From the human T2T-CHM13v2.0 reference genome, Homo sapiens, in the NCBI RefSeq assembly GCF_009914755.1, contig NC_060931.1: a DNA stretch of 64,000 nt. The stretch is one strand, 5' to 3'. The notes beneath the pieces were generated by a model that was not told where the DNA came from, did not search any database, and worked only from the letters and a program-made list of their open reading frames with translations. Below, piece by piece: positions 18,199-32,709 of the stretch. How positions within the stretch are numbered: the first letter of the stretch is position 1; every line of letters begins with the position of its first letter. The translations under genes and the position numbers were made by a program.

Positions 18199-18512
18199 GG
18201 GGAGGGGGGCATGGTTAATGAGTAGAAAAAAATAGAAAGAATGAATAAGACCTACTATTTGATAGCACAACAGAGTGACTATAGTCAATAATGACTGAAT
18301 TGTACATTTTAAGATAACTGAAAGAGTGTGATTGGATTGTTTGTAACACAAAGGATAAATACTTGAGGGGATGGATTCCCCATTCTCCATGATGTGCTTA
18401 TTTCACATTGCATGCCTGCATCAAAACATCTCATGTACCCCCATAAGTATATATACCTATTGTATACCCAGAAAATTATTTTAATAAAATAAAAATAAAA
18501 TAAATGAAATAA
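18199..18512 (+). mobile_element. L1MA (MA2/3-like) 3' end
   Basis: L1MA 3' UTR with A-rich tail; TSD aaaatttcattctag / aaaattttattctag. Confidence 0.88.
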
Positions 18513-18619
18513 AATTTTATTCTAGCCATTCCAGGAAAAAAAAAAAGCCCCATTTTGCAAAGATGATTATAACCATATATATCATATGATTATCACCTTG
18601 TTTTCATACACACAAGCAT

Positions 18620-18647
18620 ATATGTATGTATATATACATATATATTT

Positions 18648-18678
<31 letters not shown>

Positions 18679-18708
18679 TATATATATGTGTGTGTGTGTA
18701 TATATATA
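18620..18708. repeat. Compound (TA)/(CA)/(TG) microsatellite containing a 42-bp palindrome
   Basis: atata(ca)6(ta)4(tg)6tatat at 18662-18703. Confidence 0.95.
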
Positions 18709-19455
18709 CAGTTGACCCTTGGACAATGCAGGGGTTAGGGCTATGTCCTGCACAGTCAAAAATCTGCATATAACATTGGACTCCCCAAAATTTTAACCAC
18801 TAATAGCCTACCGTTGACTGGAAACCTTACCCATAACATAAACAATCGACTACCACATATTTTGTATGTTATGTATATTATATATTGTAATCTTACAGTA
18901 AGCTACACAAAAGAAAATGTTATTAAGAAAATCATAATGGCCAAGCACGGTGGCCCACACCTGTAATCCCAGCACTTTGGGAGGCTGAGGCGGGTGGATC
19001 ACCTGAGGTTGGGAGTTTGAGACCAGCCTGAACAACACGGAGAAACCCCATCTCTACTAAAAATACAAAATTAGCTGGGTGTGGTGGTGGATGCCTGTAA
19101 TCCCAGCTACTCAGGAGGCTGAGGCAGGAGAATCGCTTGAACCCAAGAGGCGGAGGTTGCAGTGAGCCGAGAAGAACCATTGCACTCCAGCCTGGGCAAT
19201 AAGAGCGAAACTCCGTCTAAAAAAAAAGAAAAGAAAAAAGAAAGAAAATCATAATGAAAAGAAAAATATATTTACTAGTCATTAAGTAGAAATGGATCAT
19301 CATGAAAGTCTTCATCCTTCCTGTCTTCACAATGAGTAGGCTGAGGAAGAAGAGACGAGGTTGGTCTTGCTGTCCCAGGGGTGAAAGAGGCAGAAGAAAA
19401 TCCATGTATAAGTGGACTCACACAGTTCAAACCTGTGTTGTTCAAGGATCAACTG
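18709..19455 (+). mobile_element. Tigger2a-like TcMar-Tigger element with an AluSp insertion
   Basis: TIRs cagttgacccttggacaa ... ttgttcaaggatcaactg, flanked by TA-rich repeats. Confidence 0.88.
18939..19245 (+). mobile_element. AluSp-like
   Basis: cacctgaggttgggag...ggagaaacccc diagnostics; perfect TSD aagaaaatcataat. Confidence 0.95.
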
Positions 19456-20381
19456 TGTGTATATATATATATATATATTTTTTTTTTTTAGGTTTATTGC
19501 AGGAACAAAATCCTCTCTCCAAAGCTATAATCCTGACTGGCTCAAGATGTCTTAAGAAACTTAGAAACACAGCTAGGAATAAATTACAGCCCAGGCTAGT
19601 TGGTTGTTCTCCCGGAATGAGCGAATTCAAAAGGAACCTGGTTATTTAGCAAGAAATAGACTCAGTGACCTCAGCAGCATTCTAATGCATGGAAAGGTCA
19701 GAGAGGTTTCGTACCACTCTGCTGGGTCAGATGGAAGCCAGAGAAGCTGTTGGGGTCTCCTTGAAGGTTGACCCTGGGCTGCAGGTCAGGAAACCCAAGT
19801 AGGATTCCAGGAATGGATTGCTAAGAAGCTTCGAGGAGAATGGCTTCCACCCATGACTGAGAATTGAATTGAGGTCCAGGTAGAATGGGTAGTACCTGGT
19901 CACAGCCCATAAGAAATAAGAAGAGGCTATGATTTGAATTGGTATTAATAACAAAGAAGAAAAGCAGCATTTACTTCGGGCACAAGGCCAGCCAGCCTGC
20001 TCTCAGAAGCTAAATGCAAGTGACATTTTCTTGTCAAATCCCAACTTTTACCCATCAAAGGCTTGGGGAGAAAGGGAATCCATTGCAATGAGTTGGTTCT
20101 GTAGATAGCCCTGCAGAATCCTGGGGGGTGTTTCACACGCCAGAGACCAGGATGGGTTGCGGAAAGCAGTTAACTACCAAGTATAGTAAGGGAGGCACAG
20201 TAACTCACCTGGAATTGACTTTGCAAGCTGAAGACTGTTTTCAACTGTGACTGTGCCATTAGGATTAATGCAATTCATACAGTTGGCTAGCACATCAGAT
20301 AAATATGATGAATTGTCCTTATATCCTTAGTCCAGTGAGAACTGGCTTTTCCATCACAGCTTAAGCTATACACATAGAGAG

Positions 20382-20414
<33 letters not shown>

Positions 20415-20668
20415 CCTTACAGTTTTGTTTATTGTGCTTATCACAAGTGCTGGAAACTCACATTTTCATTGCTAATAGCCCTCTTTGAAAGTTTGTTGAC
20501 ATTTCAGCTGATCTTTAATGTGCTCTACTGTTATAATACCCTTGGGCAAAGTCAGTTTCCAATAGGAAAATAGACAGCTTCTGGGTACCCCTGTGGAAGC
20601 TGCACAAACACAAACAGACTGGCACCCCAGCCTGCAATACCTGGTGAGCTCTGCTCTGTCCGAATCAC

Positions 20669-21185
20669 AGAAGGGTGGCAGAATATATAACCTCAAAGCA
20701 TGCCACTTTGGCATAAGGATTATGTTGAAGTAAAGGCTCTTGAAAAATAGCAGATACAAGAAGAGCACTTTGACCTTCCTTTTTCTTCCTAAAAGCAGGA
20801 GATAAATCTCCAGGGGAAAGTTGTTGTCCCTGTATTGGGAGGAAGAAACATTCTTATCACCAGAGATAGGGAGTGAAGGTCAAGAGAAATCCGTACCAAA
20901 AAACTTTGTTAAATTAACCTTATCTGTCTCTTCACTTTTCTACAATTAACTGCTCTGGCCCAAGCCTCTTTGTCTTGCCATGTTTTCACAAGGTGCTCCT
21001 CTTCATCCAACTTAGGATATAAGCATCTGACTCTAACTGCTTCTTTGGGTCTTCATTTTCCTATGTGAATTCCCATGTCCATTTAAAATCTGTATACTCC
21101 TATCTTGGTAATTATCTGATAGCGATTTAATTCTCAGGCCCAGCCGAGGACTCTCAGAGGGCAGAGAGAAAGTTGTGCCTTCCAG
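20669..21185 (+). mobile_element. MER34-family ERV1 solo LTR
   Basis: gaagggtggcagaatat...atgccactttggcataaggattatgttgaag start typical of MER34. Confidence 0.8.
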
Positions 21186-21733
21186 GATCACTGTATTTGG
21201 GAGCCTGGAAGACGAAGAATGGAGCCCAGTAAATAGAGAGGGAAGGAAAGACATTTAAACAGGTTCCTAAAGAGAATGTGAGGACACGTAAGAACAACAG
21301 TAAGAAAAAGTACAGAAAGAAAAATTTACAATCTATTCTACAGAGCAAATTGAGGTATTTCTTCTGTAATAGGGAAAGAGGAAAGAGAAGATTCATGACT
21401 GACCATCAGTAGGCTTTATAGTGGAGAGAGAATTGTCCAAACCTCCGTATAATCAAGCACATATCCTGATTCTTAGAATATATGTTCCAAACTAAATTAA
21501 GAAAGGGTGATGCTGGACAGAAGCAGTTATTAATTCTGGGGTCAACAGGATAAAAATAGTCAGAAATGAACGTTGTGGTTTGGGAATATAAGCAGCTGAA
21601 TTCAAAATAAGAATTCTAATAGAAAGTGTTAAATCAAAGAGCAGTTCATAAAGTCAGAGCTAGACCTTGGGTGGGGGGAAGAGCAATTCAAAAATTTAGA
21701 GCAGCATGTATCTTAAAAATAAATTTTATTGAA

Positions 21734-21985
21734 AAATGAGAACACATGGACACAGGGAGGGGAACAACATACAAGGGGGGCCTGTCCGGGGGTAGAGGGC
21801 AAAGAGAGGAAGAGCATTAGGACAAATACCTAATGCATGCGGGGCTTAAAACCTAGATGATGGGTTGATAGGTGCAGCAAACCACCATGGCACATGTATA
21901 GCTATATAACAAACCTGCACATTCTGCACATGTATCCCGGAACTTAAAGTAAAATTAATTAAATAAAAAAAAATGAAAATGAAAA
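21734..21985 (+). mobile_element. L1PA (PA7-PA10-like) 3' end
   Basis: gagaacacatggacacagggaggggaacaaca...ggtgcagcaaaccaccatggcacatg...aacttaaagtaaaa. Confidence 0.92.
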
Positions 21986-22165
21986 TAAATGTTGTTATGA
22001 GAACTCATAGTGGCATGGCCCCAATTTTAGAAACTGAGCTTAATACAGTTAATAGGTAAATGTTAGATGAATACCTCAAACTGAATGTTAATGCCAAAAT
22101 TAAGATCATTCTTTGGTTCAAAATATAGAGCATGTTTATATCTTAATTAAAAGCAGTCATACTTA

Positions 22166-22485
<320 letters not shown>

Positions 22486-22644
22486 AAATCTCTCCTTTTC
22501 ATTATTTATAGAAAATCATAGTATTTTGGCACATTAAATTGAACATATTTCTTTAAGTAATTAAATGTACGCCTATCATAATGTATTCCTCCTGGTACTT
22601 AACTATCATAGATTATTAGCAGTTTAGTGTTTAAAGGGAACTCA

Positions 22645-22930
22645 GGACTGAGAGTTTTAAAAACTTAGACTCACAGTAAGAAAGTCATCTCATGTTGATG
22701 AAGTATAAATATGCACATACACACACAGACACGTCACATGCAGGTACATAACTAAAATGAAAGCTTCCTGAAATAATACTTATTTACACTTTGTACAGAA
22801 TCGAATGCACTTTATTTCCTAGTCTTTGCATTTTAAAAATATACTTATTTTTTTTAATGCTGCTCCTGGTTCCCCAAATTGAAATTACTATCTACCAATG
22901 TATCTCAATTTACAGTTTGGAAAACACTGC
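22645..22930. mobile_element. hAT-Charlie-family MITE, degenerate
   Basis: cacagtaagaaa...aataatacttat...cagtttggaaaacactg terminus. Confidence 0.5.
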
Positions 22931-23442
22931 CTTAGGGAATAGCTAGTCTAATTTTGCACCTGAGAAACGTAGAGATTTAGGGAATATTCCCAAGGTCACG
23001 TAGTATGTGGCAAAGCAAGCCTGTGCTGTCTTCTAAGTTCTGGCGTAATGAGTTTTCCCCAATCTTACATTGTTACATTGTTTTCAAGATGAATGGTCAT
23101 GTATAGTGTACTCTTTGCCTCTCAAATTTGATGAAGTAAGCATTATTCCGTTGCTACGTGTCTTGCTCACTTTGCGTTTTCTTAGTTTCATAGGAAGCAT
23201 CAGTTGTGCTAAGTTTTATTTGTGTGTTCCATTGTCTCTTCCCCCTAAACTGAAAGCTTCCTGAGAATAGTGTGTATTCTTATCAATATCCCCTAAACCA
23301 AGCTGAGTAGTGTGAATGATTGAATCCTTAGAAAGACAAGCTCATGTAGTCAAATAGTCTAAATTACATGAGTGGGACAAAAATATCAGCATCCAGGTAG
23401 CCACAGATGCTCTTCTTTCCTTCTAAGAAATACGATTCTCAT

Positions 23443-23560
23443 TCCATACCTAGATGATGGGTTGATAAGGTGCAGCAGACCACCATGGCACACGTTCACC
23501 TATGTCACAAACCTGCATGTCCTGCACATGTATCCTGAAACTTTAAATTTTAAAAAAGGA
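23443..23560 (+). mobile_element. Short L1PA 3' end
   Basis: tacctagatgatgggttgataaggtgcagcagaccaccatggcacacg...; loose TSD aagaaatacgattct / aggaaatatcaattct. Confidence 0.85.
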
Positions 23561-23631
23561 AATATCAATTCTATTGGTTATGCTGATTAGAGTAATAAGT
23601 GGAGAGGGAATTGAGAAGTTCTAAGACAAGC

Positions 23632-24027
23632 TGTGTTAGTATCCTAGGGCTGCAGCAACAAAGTACCATAAACAGAGTAGCCTAAAGCAACAAAAATTTA
23701 CTCTCTCAAGGTTCTAGAGGCCAGAAGCCTGAAATCAAGGTATCAGCAGGGCCATGATCTCTCTCGTAGCTTCTGGTGGTTGCCGGAAACCCTTGGTGTT
23801 CTTGGCTTGTAGACACATCGCTCCAACCTCAGCCTCTCTTGTCACGTGGCATTCTCTCTGTGTTTTCTGTGTCCAAATTTCCCCCTTCCTATTAGGACAC
23901 TAGCCATTGGATTAGGGCCCATCTTAATCAAGTATGACTTGATTACATCTGCAAAGGTCATATCGAGAAGTACCAGGGGTTAGAACTTGAAAATATCTTT
24001 TTGGAAGACACAGTTCTACCCACCACA
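23632..24027 (-). mobile_element. MLT1 (MLT1C-like) MaLR LTR
   Basis: tgtgttagtatcctagggctgcagcaacaaagtacca...gaaatcaaggtatcagcagggcc...acacagttctacccaccaca. Confidence 0.88.
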
Positions 24028-25174
24028 GAAGCTACACCAATTTACATGAAAAAGAACCTAAGTAGATCTAGAAGAGTTGGAGAGAGAAATGGGATAGAAG
24101 GGAGATGAGCAGGAAGACATGAAAGCAAACAAATGAGTTATCTTCAGGGGAGAAAAGTGCTTGTCCAGTGTACTATGGAGAGACGCATAAATGAAGATGA
24201 CTTTAATACATTCTGCTTTGCATCATGCAACATAACTTTTTTTCTTTTGGTGCCTCTCACAGAGACCTCTGTAAATCCTAAATTATCTTTTAAGACTTTG
24301 TTCAAGTCAGATTTTTTAGAGTTATTTCAGATGTTATGTTATTGCAGGAAGCAGCTCACAAGTGACCTAGCATTAAAGATAATAAAAGCTAATGTTTTTA
24401 TGTGAGTAGAAGATATAGCATTGCATTTAAACTATAGTTTCACCATTATACAGAAGGAAAAGAAGACAGCAAGCAGAAGAGACAATAATGATATATTGAC
24501 CTTACTGAAAGATGATGACATAAAGCAGTAGGATTTATCATTTTTTGTAAGTTACTGAACATTGATTCAGTGTTATGCATCTTGTTCTTCTATATATTAA
24601 GCAATTATGTTTATTTCTAGCACTGAAAAGCATAGTTATTTTCAGCCAATAATTGCTATTTGAATGCTATAGTTAATGTTTTTATAATTTTTAGATGACA
24701 ATTTTATTTTAATTAACTCTCTTAGAAACAATCATTTATTTATTTGCTCAGCAATATGTGTTCAGTATCCAAAGTGTGTTAGACACAATTCAGTATATCC
24801 GTCCCCTATATCGAGAGTCTAGTTAGAGTGAGTTAACAAAAGCTTTTATTCATGGGAATTTATAGTATAAAAGTGTACAATAGTATAAAAAGGCTGAAAG
24901 ATTTCTATAGTGATTTCACTATGAAGAGATCTCTCTGATATTTTTCTTCCCTTTCACCTTATCCAGTCTCCAACGTTTCTGTAAAAAACAGCTACACCCA
25001 CTTTTTTCTTCCTGTCAGGTGAATCCAGATAGTGCAGCAAAGTTGAACCACCGACACTGAATTTCCCACCACAAGTGAAACAGCAGAAAAGGCTTTCCAA
25101 GTTCACTGTAGGGAAAATAAAAGCCATGTGATATTTATTGCACATCCAAGTATATGGATTAAGATTAATTCCTC

Positions 25175-25612
25175 TGGAGCAATAATGATCACACTTTTTA
25201 AATCTTACAACTCGTTGATAGTCATCAAAATTGAAGATCCAAAAAGCTTTTATTTTTATGAGTTTTACATATCAGAATTTCATGTATTAGAAATTAAAAC
25301 TGACAAACTTTAAATATTTATTTTAAGACAAATGATATACTTTAAATATTAATTTAAGACAACATTAAAAACCCTCTACTTATTAGCATAACATGCTTTT
25401 ATTTTTTAAAAAAACTACATTATTCCAAAACAAAAAAAGATTAATGAGAAGAGTAGTGTTGTTCCATTACACACCCATGAGTGAATGAGAGTGAAAAAGG
25501 AAATTGATGTCTTAATATTATTATGAAAATTATTTGGTCCAATAGTTAATGGATCCCCTGAAAGGTATTCAGAACCCCCAGTTGTCTCCTGGCCACATTT
25601 AGAGAATTTCAG
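25175..25612. mobile_element. Charlie1-derived hAT element
   Basis: attacacacccatgagtgaatgagagtgaaaaagg...cccctgaaaggtattcagaaccccc...ccacatttagagaa. Confidence 0.65.
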
Positions 25613-26759
25613 CCCTAGAATGTTCTGATATGTAGTGGAGGAAATTGATTCTATAGTACAGAATCAGAGGGCAACTCACTGGCCTGCTCCCCACCTCAGC
25701 TATCATATGATGCACAGTCCCTGACCAAGTGGATCGGAAATGTCTCCTGTTGTAGGTCAAGGTATCCCTGAGAACCACAAACTGAGATATGGACAAAAGA
25801 GCAAAAGCGCCGTGCACATATCTTGAGATGCAGGTTAAAGAACAAAACAAGAATGCATGTATTTTATCTCAGGACACTAAGTCTCCAAAGAATGGCTTGT
25901 GATGGGGGTACAGACTTGACCCAAGAATTACTGACTATAATCAAACCACAGTTTAACAGAGGTGCTATTTATAGTGAAAAATTTTCCCCCAAGCAAGAAT
26001 TCCATAGTAAAGTAAGATCACAGTTGCACACTGCAAATCTTTAAAAGAAAATTCCAGAATTTATAGCTTACTTAGCCTACTTAGCTACTTGCTTTGCTCA
26101 TATATACCAGTTCTTTCAACTACCACAAAAATAATAACTATTTGAATATACTCAATAAACAGGCATTGTGAAATTTGAATTTTACAACATAGAATTTGGT
26201 TACTGTTCCTGTTAAAACACAAAATACATGAGTGAATATTTATGTGTATATTTTTCAATAATGTTTTCCAAATGACCTTTGGAGAATATCTCAAGATGAT
26301 TATTTCTTTGGCAGGGGGCAAAAAAAAAAAAAAGCTATCAGTGAGATAAGCACATCAATCGAACTGTTTTCATTTGAGCCATGTTTAAATGAGCTAGGAT
26401 GCAAAATAGAAATTCTGGAAATATCCAAAAGAAAGATGTACATGTCCTCTGATTTCTCCTAAGTCTGGACAGAATTGGCAGCAGAGGCTCTAATGAAATC
26501 TTGCAATTAGTCTGAGAAGCCCATTCAGAGAGCTTCACTGTGTTCAGCCTTCTGCCGCTGACACCCTTGCCTGAAGACACATGCCCATATCGAAGCACAT
26601 GCAGATGCCTTTCCTCATACCTAGACCCTGAAATGACCATGGACCGCAGGATTCTCATGTGAGATTTCAGTTTACTGCTTAATTTTTCATCTTGATTGGA
26701 CTTTTCATCCATCATATCAGGAAAAGCTGAATATACAGACCCAGACATAGATAGGTTTG

Positions 26760-27650
26760 GGGACAGGAAGAAGATTTAATTCTACTTAGATTGATCCCAT
26801 TTTTTCTTTTCTTTTCTAGAAATGAGTGAGATCATTTGCTGATCCTGAGGTGTGGAGGGAAAAAGTCTTGGCTAGAGGTGTAAGAGAATGTGTGGAAGAT
26901 GGAATTGACTAAAGAAAGTGATAGGGTTGTCCTGCAGGTCTGAGGACCCAGGTGATATTCATGGTCTCCATGTAACGCATAACTGGTCAGCACCTTTTGT
27001 TTGCTTGTTTTTCTCCAAGTTTTACTGCTTAGATGCGGTAAAATAACATCTGGCATTCCCAGAGTTGGTTTTCCAAGTAATGTCACTTACTGAGGCAGGA
27101 AGGAGAAAAGGTGTTTGAGGTTTGAAGAGACAGGGGAAAAAGTCTGTTAAGAGAAAAGGAGTGAAAGTGACCAGAAATAAGTTAGTAGGATTGACAGGAA
27201 CTAAATGGGTTAGCACGGGTTAGCAGAGAATGAGATGTAAACTCTGTTGGGGTTTTGCTGACAAATACGATGGAGAGAGCTGAAGTTGTTTGTTTGTTTG
27301 TTTGTTTCTCAAAGATGTGATAATTACAGTGAACCTTGGAATCTAAACTAATGAAGAAAAGGAGTGAGGACAAGAGAGTGAAAAAGTGATAGTCAATGAA
27401 TTGAAGGTCCCAGGAGAAGAAATACTGTATTTGAGAACCAGAGTAAATGAAATGGAAAATTAAAGGCAGTGGTCAGAAGTCAGCATAACTAGAATAAAAG
27501 TTTGAAAAGATAATGACTAAGTCAAGGGTATCACCAGGGGAGTAGGTGGCTGAAGTGCAATCGGATGAAAAAACAGTGGGAAACGAGATGCTCAAAGAAA
27601 TGGGAGGTTCGTAGGTCACTGTGGTCCAGAATTGCAATGATTATGTATTC
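26760..27650 (-). mobile_element. L2 ORF2 region, degenerate
   Basis: Purine-rich tract with L2-like blocks (gtggtcagaag...aatgactaagtcaagggtatcacc...gtaggtggctgaag). Confidence 0.5.
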
Positions 27651-27811
27651 AGTTCCGGTTAACCAAGAAATTAAGCATTTTGCAATTCTAAAATCATCAG
27701 TTGATATACTAAAATTAAAGTCTAAAATGCCATGAACATTATGTTAGATACATATATATTAAATGGAAATCAAATTGTATACGTAAAAAAAGATATAAAG
27801 AAGAAATATAG

Positions 27812-28103
<292 letters not shown>

Positions 28104-28859
28104 CAATAGGACATATTAATAAATACTGTGATCTTAAGCAAAGACGCTTTAACTTTCTAGAGCTTAGTTTTCTCATCTGTATCACGAGTAATTTGAATTA
28201 AATTATCTAGAAGTTAATTCTTTGCCTGAAATGGTTTGTTTCCTTTATCCAATATTACTCATTGATTATAATGATCACCAAAAAATGAATACTTACGTGA
28301 ATACTAGAGAAAAAATATTGCTTAATTTTGAAAATACAAATTGCTTATTTGTAGAAGCTATTTTGGTTTTATTTGTATGTTTATTTAAAGTTTGCGAGGG
28401 AACCAGGGTTATCAGGATCACTCTGATCTGAAATCTGAGATTTGGGTAATCTCACTTCTATCCAAAAATCTCTAGGACATCAAGCTCATCAAGATCTTCA
28501 GATGCTCATGATGCATTAATTGCCCTTTGAGAATAACTGCCTAAGAGATGGATGTTTATATTGATTTTATGGTAGATATTTTCTTCTTCATGGGAGTGGA
28601 ATTCCTTTTACAGGTTGATTCACAAACCTAGAGCCAAAAATATAACTGAACTATTACAGATTTAAAGTATAGATTGCATAATTTTGTAAAAATATTATCA
28701 TACAAATTCTAACATATCGTGAGCTGAATTATACTACCACAACTAAAACTCAATTACTTATAGGAGTCAGACGTATATTCTAATAAGACAGACACTGAAA
28801 TTGCTATTTTTGTCTGCTGGCCAAATTAACTCCCAACTCATCAGTTTGCCTCCCATTCC

Positions 28860-29010
28860 CTAAAGCCTTGTGCATATGAATTACCTGGCACTATTGCTAA
28901 ATACAGATTTTTTTGCAGTAAGTGTAGGGTGGAATCTGTAATTCCACATTTCTAACAAGGTCCCAGGTGTGTCAGTGCAACACATCTAAGGACCACACTG
29001 AACATAACTC
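28860..29010. mobile_element. MER5 (hAT-Charlie) fragment
   Basis: gaattacctgg...aaatacagatt...catttctaacaaggtcccaggtg...ggaccacactg. Confidence 0.65.
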
Positions 29011-29401
29011 TATACAAAAAGGCTCCACTTTTTATTAAACTGTGATTCTGAAAACCCAAGTAGAAATCAGGTTTTTAAAAACTTATCATTCCTTTCTTTG
29101 GCTGTTGAGACTTGTATTTCTCCATGCCATATCAGACAAATTGCATTTACCTGGTTCCCTCTGAATTAGCAATCTTAGGAACTTCAGCTACTCTCAGATT
29201 CTATTCCGTTATTTCAGAGTTCCCAGTGGTTGGCTCAAGTGTGAGTGCACATTCAGGTTTTCCAGTTGCCTCATAGCGTCTTTCCATGACCTTCTCCCTT
29301 ATTCCAGCTCCTGCTTGGGTGTCTCTGGCACCTTCTTAGGACAGATGTGGGTTGTCCAATGCTCAGGACACTGAATCCAGCTCAAGTACCCACCATGAGT
29401 T

Positions 29402-29886
29402 TGATGCAAGGCAAGCGAGCCCCAAAGTGGGGCTTAGCCCATGAGGGTTCTTGGCTTCTCCCAGGAAAGAATTTAAGGGCAAGCCAATGGTAGGGTAGAA
29501 GAAAACAGCTCTTATGGAAGTGGCCGTGTTACAGTTCTGTGATTGCTCCCACAGAGCAGGGCTACCCCACAGGCAGTGTGCTGAGAGTAGCAACTCGGGG
29601 CAGTTCTGCAGTCATGTTTATACCGACCTTGAATTACATGTAGATTAAGGAGCAGCTTATGCAGACATTTCTAGAAAAGGGGTAGTAACTTTGGGGTCAT
29701 CAGGTCATTGCCATGGGAAGGGGTGGTAACCCCCAGGTGTTGCCATGGCGATGGTAAACTGACAGGGCATGCTGGTGGGTGTGTCTTATGGAAAGCTACT
29801 CCTGCCCCAGTCCTGTTTTAGCTAGTCCTCAACTTGGTTCAGGATCTGAGCCCCACCTCTGGAGTCGAGTCCCAGTTGGTACCTCA
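29402..29886 (-). mobile_element. MER66-like ERV1 solo LTR
   Basis: tgatgcaaggcaagcgagccccaaagtggggc ... cctgttttagctagtcctcaa...ggagtcgagtcccag...tacctca; near-TSD agtt/actt. Confidence 0.8.
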
Positions 29887-30799
29887 ACTTCAAGTGAAGA
29901 AAGTCACTTAATTCAGTTTTTTGTTGCCCCCTTACCAATAACTTGAAACCATTTGAGTGGCCTCTCATCCTATTCAAAACTACTCCTTTCCCTTAAGCCT
30001 AAAACATTATCCTTGGAATAAGCCTCAGCACCTCGACTCTCTCCTTCCTTTAGGCTCAGAGAACTGATGACTACTTCATGCCAATACATCCTTGGCAAGC
30101 CACCTAGTAGGCTGCCATTCCCACAGCAAGCCCAGCAGAACCATCAGAGTCATGGAGTGGTTATAGTTTAGGCTCTTAAGTTGGAATTCCCAAGGACACT
30201 ATAACATAGTGTTCCTGCATGGGTGAGGGAAAAATAATAACTGGTTTTTATGGAGGGCTAGGAGAGGTAGATGAATTACCTGGTGCAAAGCCGGAGTCAG
30301 CATCTGTAACTGATGAGTGAGCAGGACAAGTTAGAGTTCTATGAGGAAGCTTTATGCCGTCACTGGCAAAATTTGAGGCAGCAAAATGCAAAGGAACTCA
30401 ATAAATGGTGAGATGATTAACCAATGAGGTGGTACTGACTCCAGCAGTGGTGTTATTGAAAGTTCAGGTATATTCAATTATAACACATTTTAAATCTTGG
30501 ATTGCCTGAAATCAGCCTGCCAAATATGAGAATAATCCAGGCAGACAAGGACAAAGAACATTACACAATAATGATACTAATAGGCAGTGTCCTGTACATT
30601 GTAATTGTACAATAGTGACAGTAATAGGCAGTGTTTTCCAGCATCAACTGGAGTATCATTTCCTATCCCAAGTAAGTTAAACACAGGATGAGCTCAACAT
30701 CCTAAGGTCCAGAGGAGAGTGGACGGTAGTGAGTTATGCTGTCTCCCTGTGGTGCCCAGGGACTCTCTCTCTGTCAAAGATGCTGTATCTAATTACCTA

Positions 30800-30880
30800 G
30801 GCTCTTTCTTTCTCCTTTCCTCCTCCTTTCCTCCCTCTCTCCCTCCTTCTCTCTCTCTGTCTCTCTCTTTCTTTCTTTAT
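30800..30880. repeat. Polypyrimidine (CT/CCT-rich) low-complexity tract
   Basis: Read directly. Confidence 0.85.
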
Positions 30881-32094
30881 GCCCTAGAAATAAGTCTTTT
30901 TCTTCTTTCCCAGAAATCATGGTGATAAGTAGAAGCCTGCATGCAGGAAATTATTGAATATAACAAAAAAACATAGTTGGTGAAGTTAACTCAAGACAAA
31001 AATTATATACAAAGAGGTAATTGCATATAGATTAGAGAAGTCCAGTGTATTCCCTTTTTGTAAAACGCCTTCTGAATCGAGTATCTTTTGATTCCATACA
31101 ATTCTGTCTCCCCTCACATCTGACCTATTCATGTCAGAGATCTCCTACCTGGCTCCTTTTTCATCTAGTAATTAATTTATATCCCTGTCCTAACTTCTAT
31201 CTCCTGCTCCCCTCAACATTATATCTCTTTTTATAACTAGGATATACTCAAATGAAAAAATCCATGTATCTTACTATCTTCTGCCTTCTTCTAAATAGTT
31301 GTGCTTCCTTTTGATCTATTTATTTGCTACACCAGGAATATTTGACATTTCCTGGAGAAGTAGGAATCTCTTGTATGCTCATTTGAAATGAGCTAGTGTG
31401 GTTATTTAACAAATATGCAGAGCAACAATGCACAAGATGATCAAAAGATATACGTGGAGAAGGAAGTTCTCTATTTCACACCACTGAGTTACATTTTAAG
31501 CATGGGGCTTGTGAACTAATACCACTGTTCACCTTCTCAAAAGGGCATGGTATTTAGGAATGGCATTATTACAGTTTTCTACAGTTTTCCAATAGAAGAC
31601 ATTAAATAAATGAGAGAACATTTCTATTGGGCAATATTAAAACCTTTACTTCCACATCCACTGCTTTCGCCAGCTTGAACAGATTAGTTATTCCCAGTAG
31701 ATTATTCTCATTGGTAATTCTGTAATAAAAGATTCTAGATATTGTGCATTTTCATCACTGGCATTACAATTTTTATTTCAGAATCTTGGTCATCGAATAT
31801 TCATTATCTAATTATAATAAAAATGCATGATTCCCTTAGGAATGCCTATAACTAAATGAATATGAACTTTATTAAAGGAATTAAATTAGGAGATTAAAAT
31901 TATTCAAAGGGGGTAACAACTTTATTCTTAAAGAACTGTAGGATTGCAATACTAGGAAAGAAAGAGAATAGGAAAGGCAACAGAAAAGTAGTAAAAAGAA
32001 ACAGAAACAAAACAGATAGATCCCTGATGTGCTATGATGGGGAATAGAGTATTAATTTAATTATTCAGTTATAAATAAACTAAAGCCTAAGCCT

Positions 32095-32212
32095 AGTAAA
32101 TTATGTGCTCCTTGAAGATTAGAGTTAGGACTGATTAATCTTTGCATTCCCCACCAGACCAGGCAGTGCCTGGAATGTAGTGGACACTCAATAAATTTTT
32201 GTTGAATTAATA
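32095..32212 (+). mobile_element. L2 3' end
   Basis: cagtgcctggaatgtagtggacactcaataaatttttgttgaat. Confidence 0.75.
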
Positions 32213-32709
32213 AGGAAGCAAATTCTATATGAAAATGATAACAAGTTTATGAGTACTTTTTCAAGTCAGTTTGCAGATACAAGTTTAAGGAAATTCATAC
32301 TCGGATATAGTTAGAATGTGTATACTGAATTAGAATGTTAGTCTATGTGCTTTGGGAATTAATTTTGAAGCTCAGGAAGCTATGCAAGAGGCAGCCAAGC
32401 TCAGAGGAAGGGTGAGAGACTTGATCAGCTGCCCCTCCCTGTCTTGAACTATTTCCTGTTATAGATGGAAATCATCCTTCATTACCTGGGAAAAAGTATG
32501 AGCCCAAAGCAGAATTAGCCTTCTTTATACATGTGTTGAATTTGTGTTCCCATCATATTAAGTATTAAAGGAAATGATTATGAGCTGTTTGTTGGACAGT
32601 AAAGGGAAGTGATAATGATAATTTTAATATAGTTAACATTAGCTTGAAACACATGAAACTGATATTTTTGTGTGTAAACACCTAAGTGAATATTGACAAT
32701 TTCACATGG

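Noticed and set aside
26338-26748. 136-aa minus-strand ORF
   Set aside because: No recognisable homology, poly(A)/TSD or exon structure; compatible with a chance ORF.
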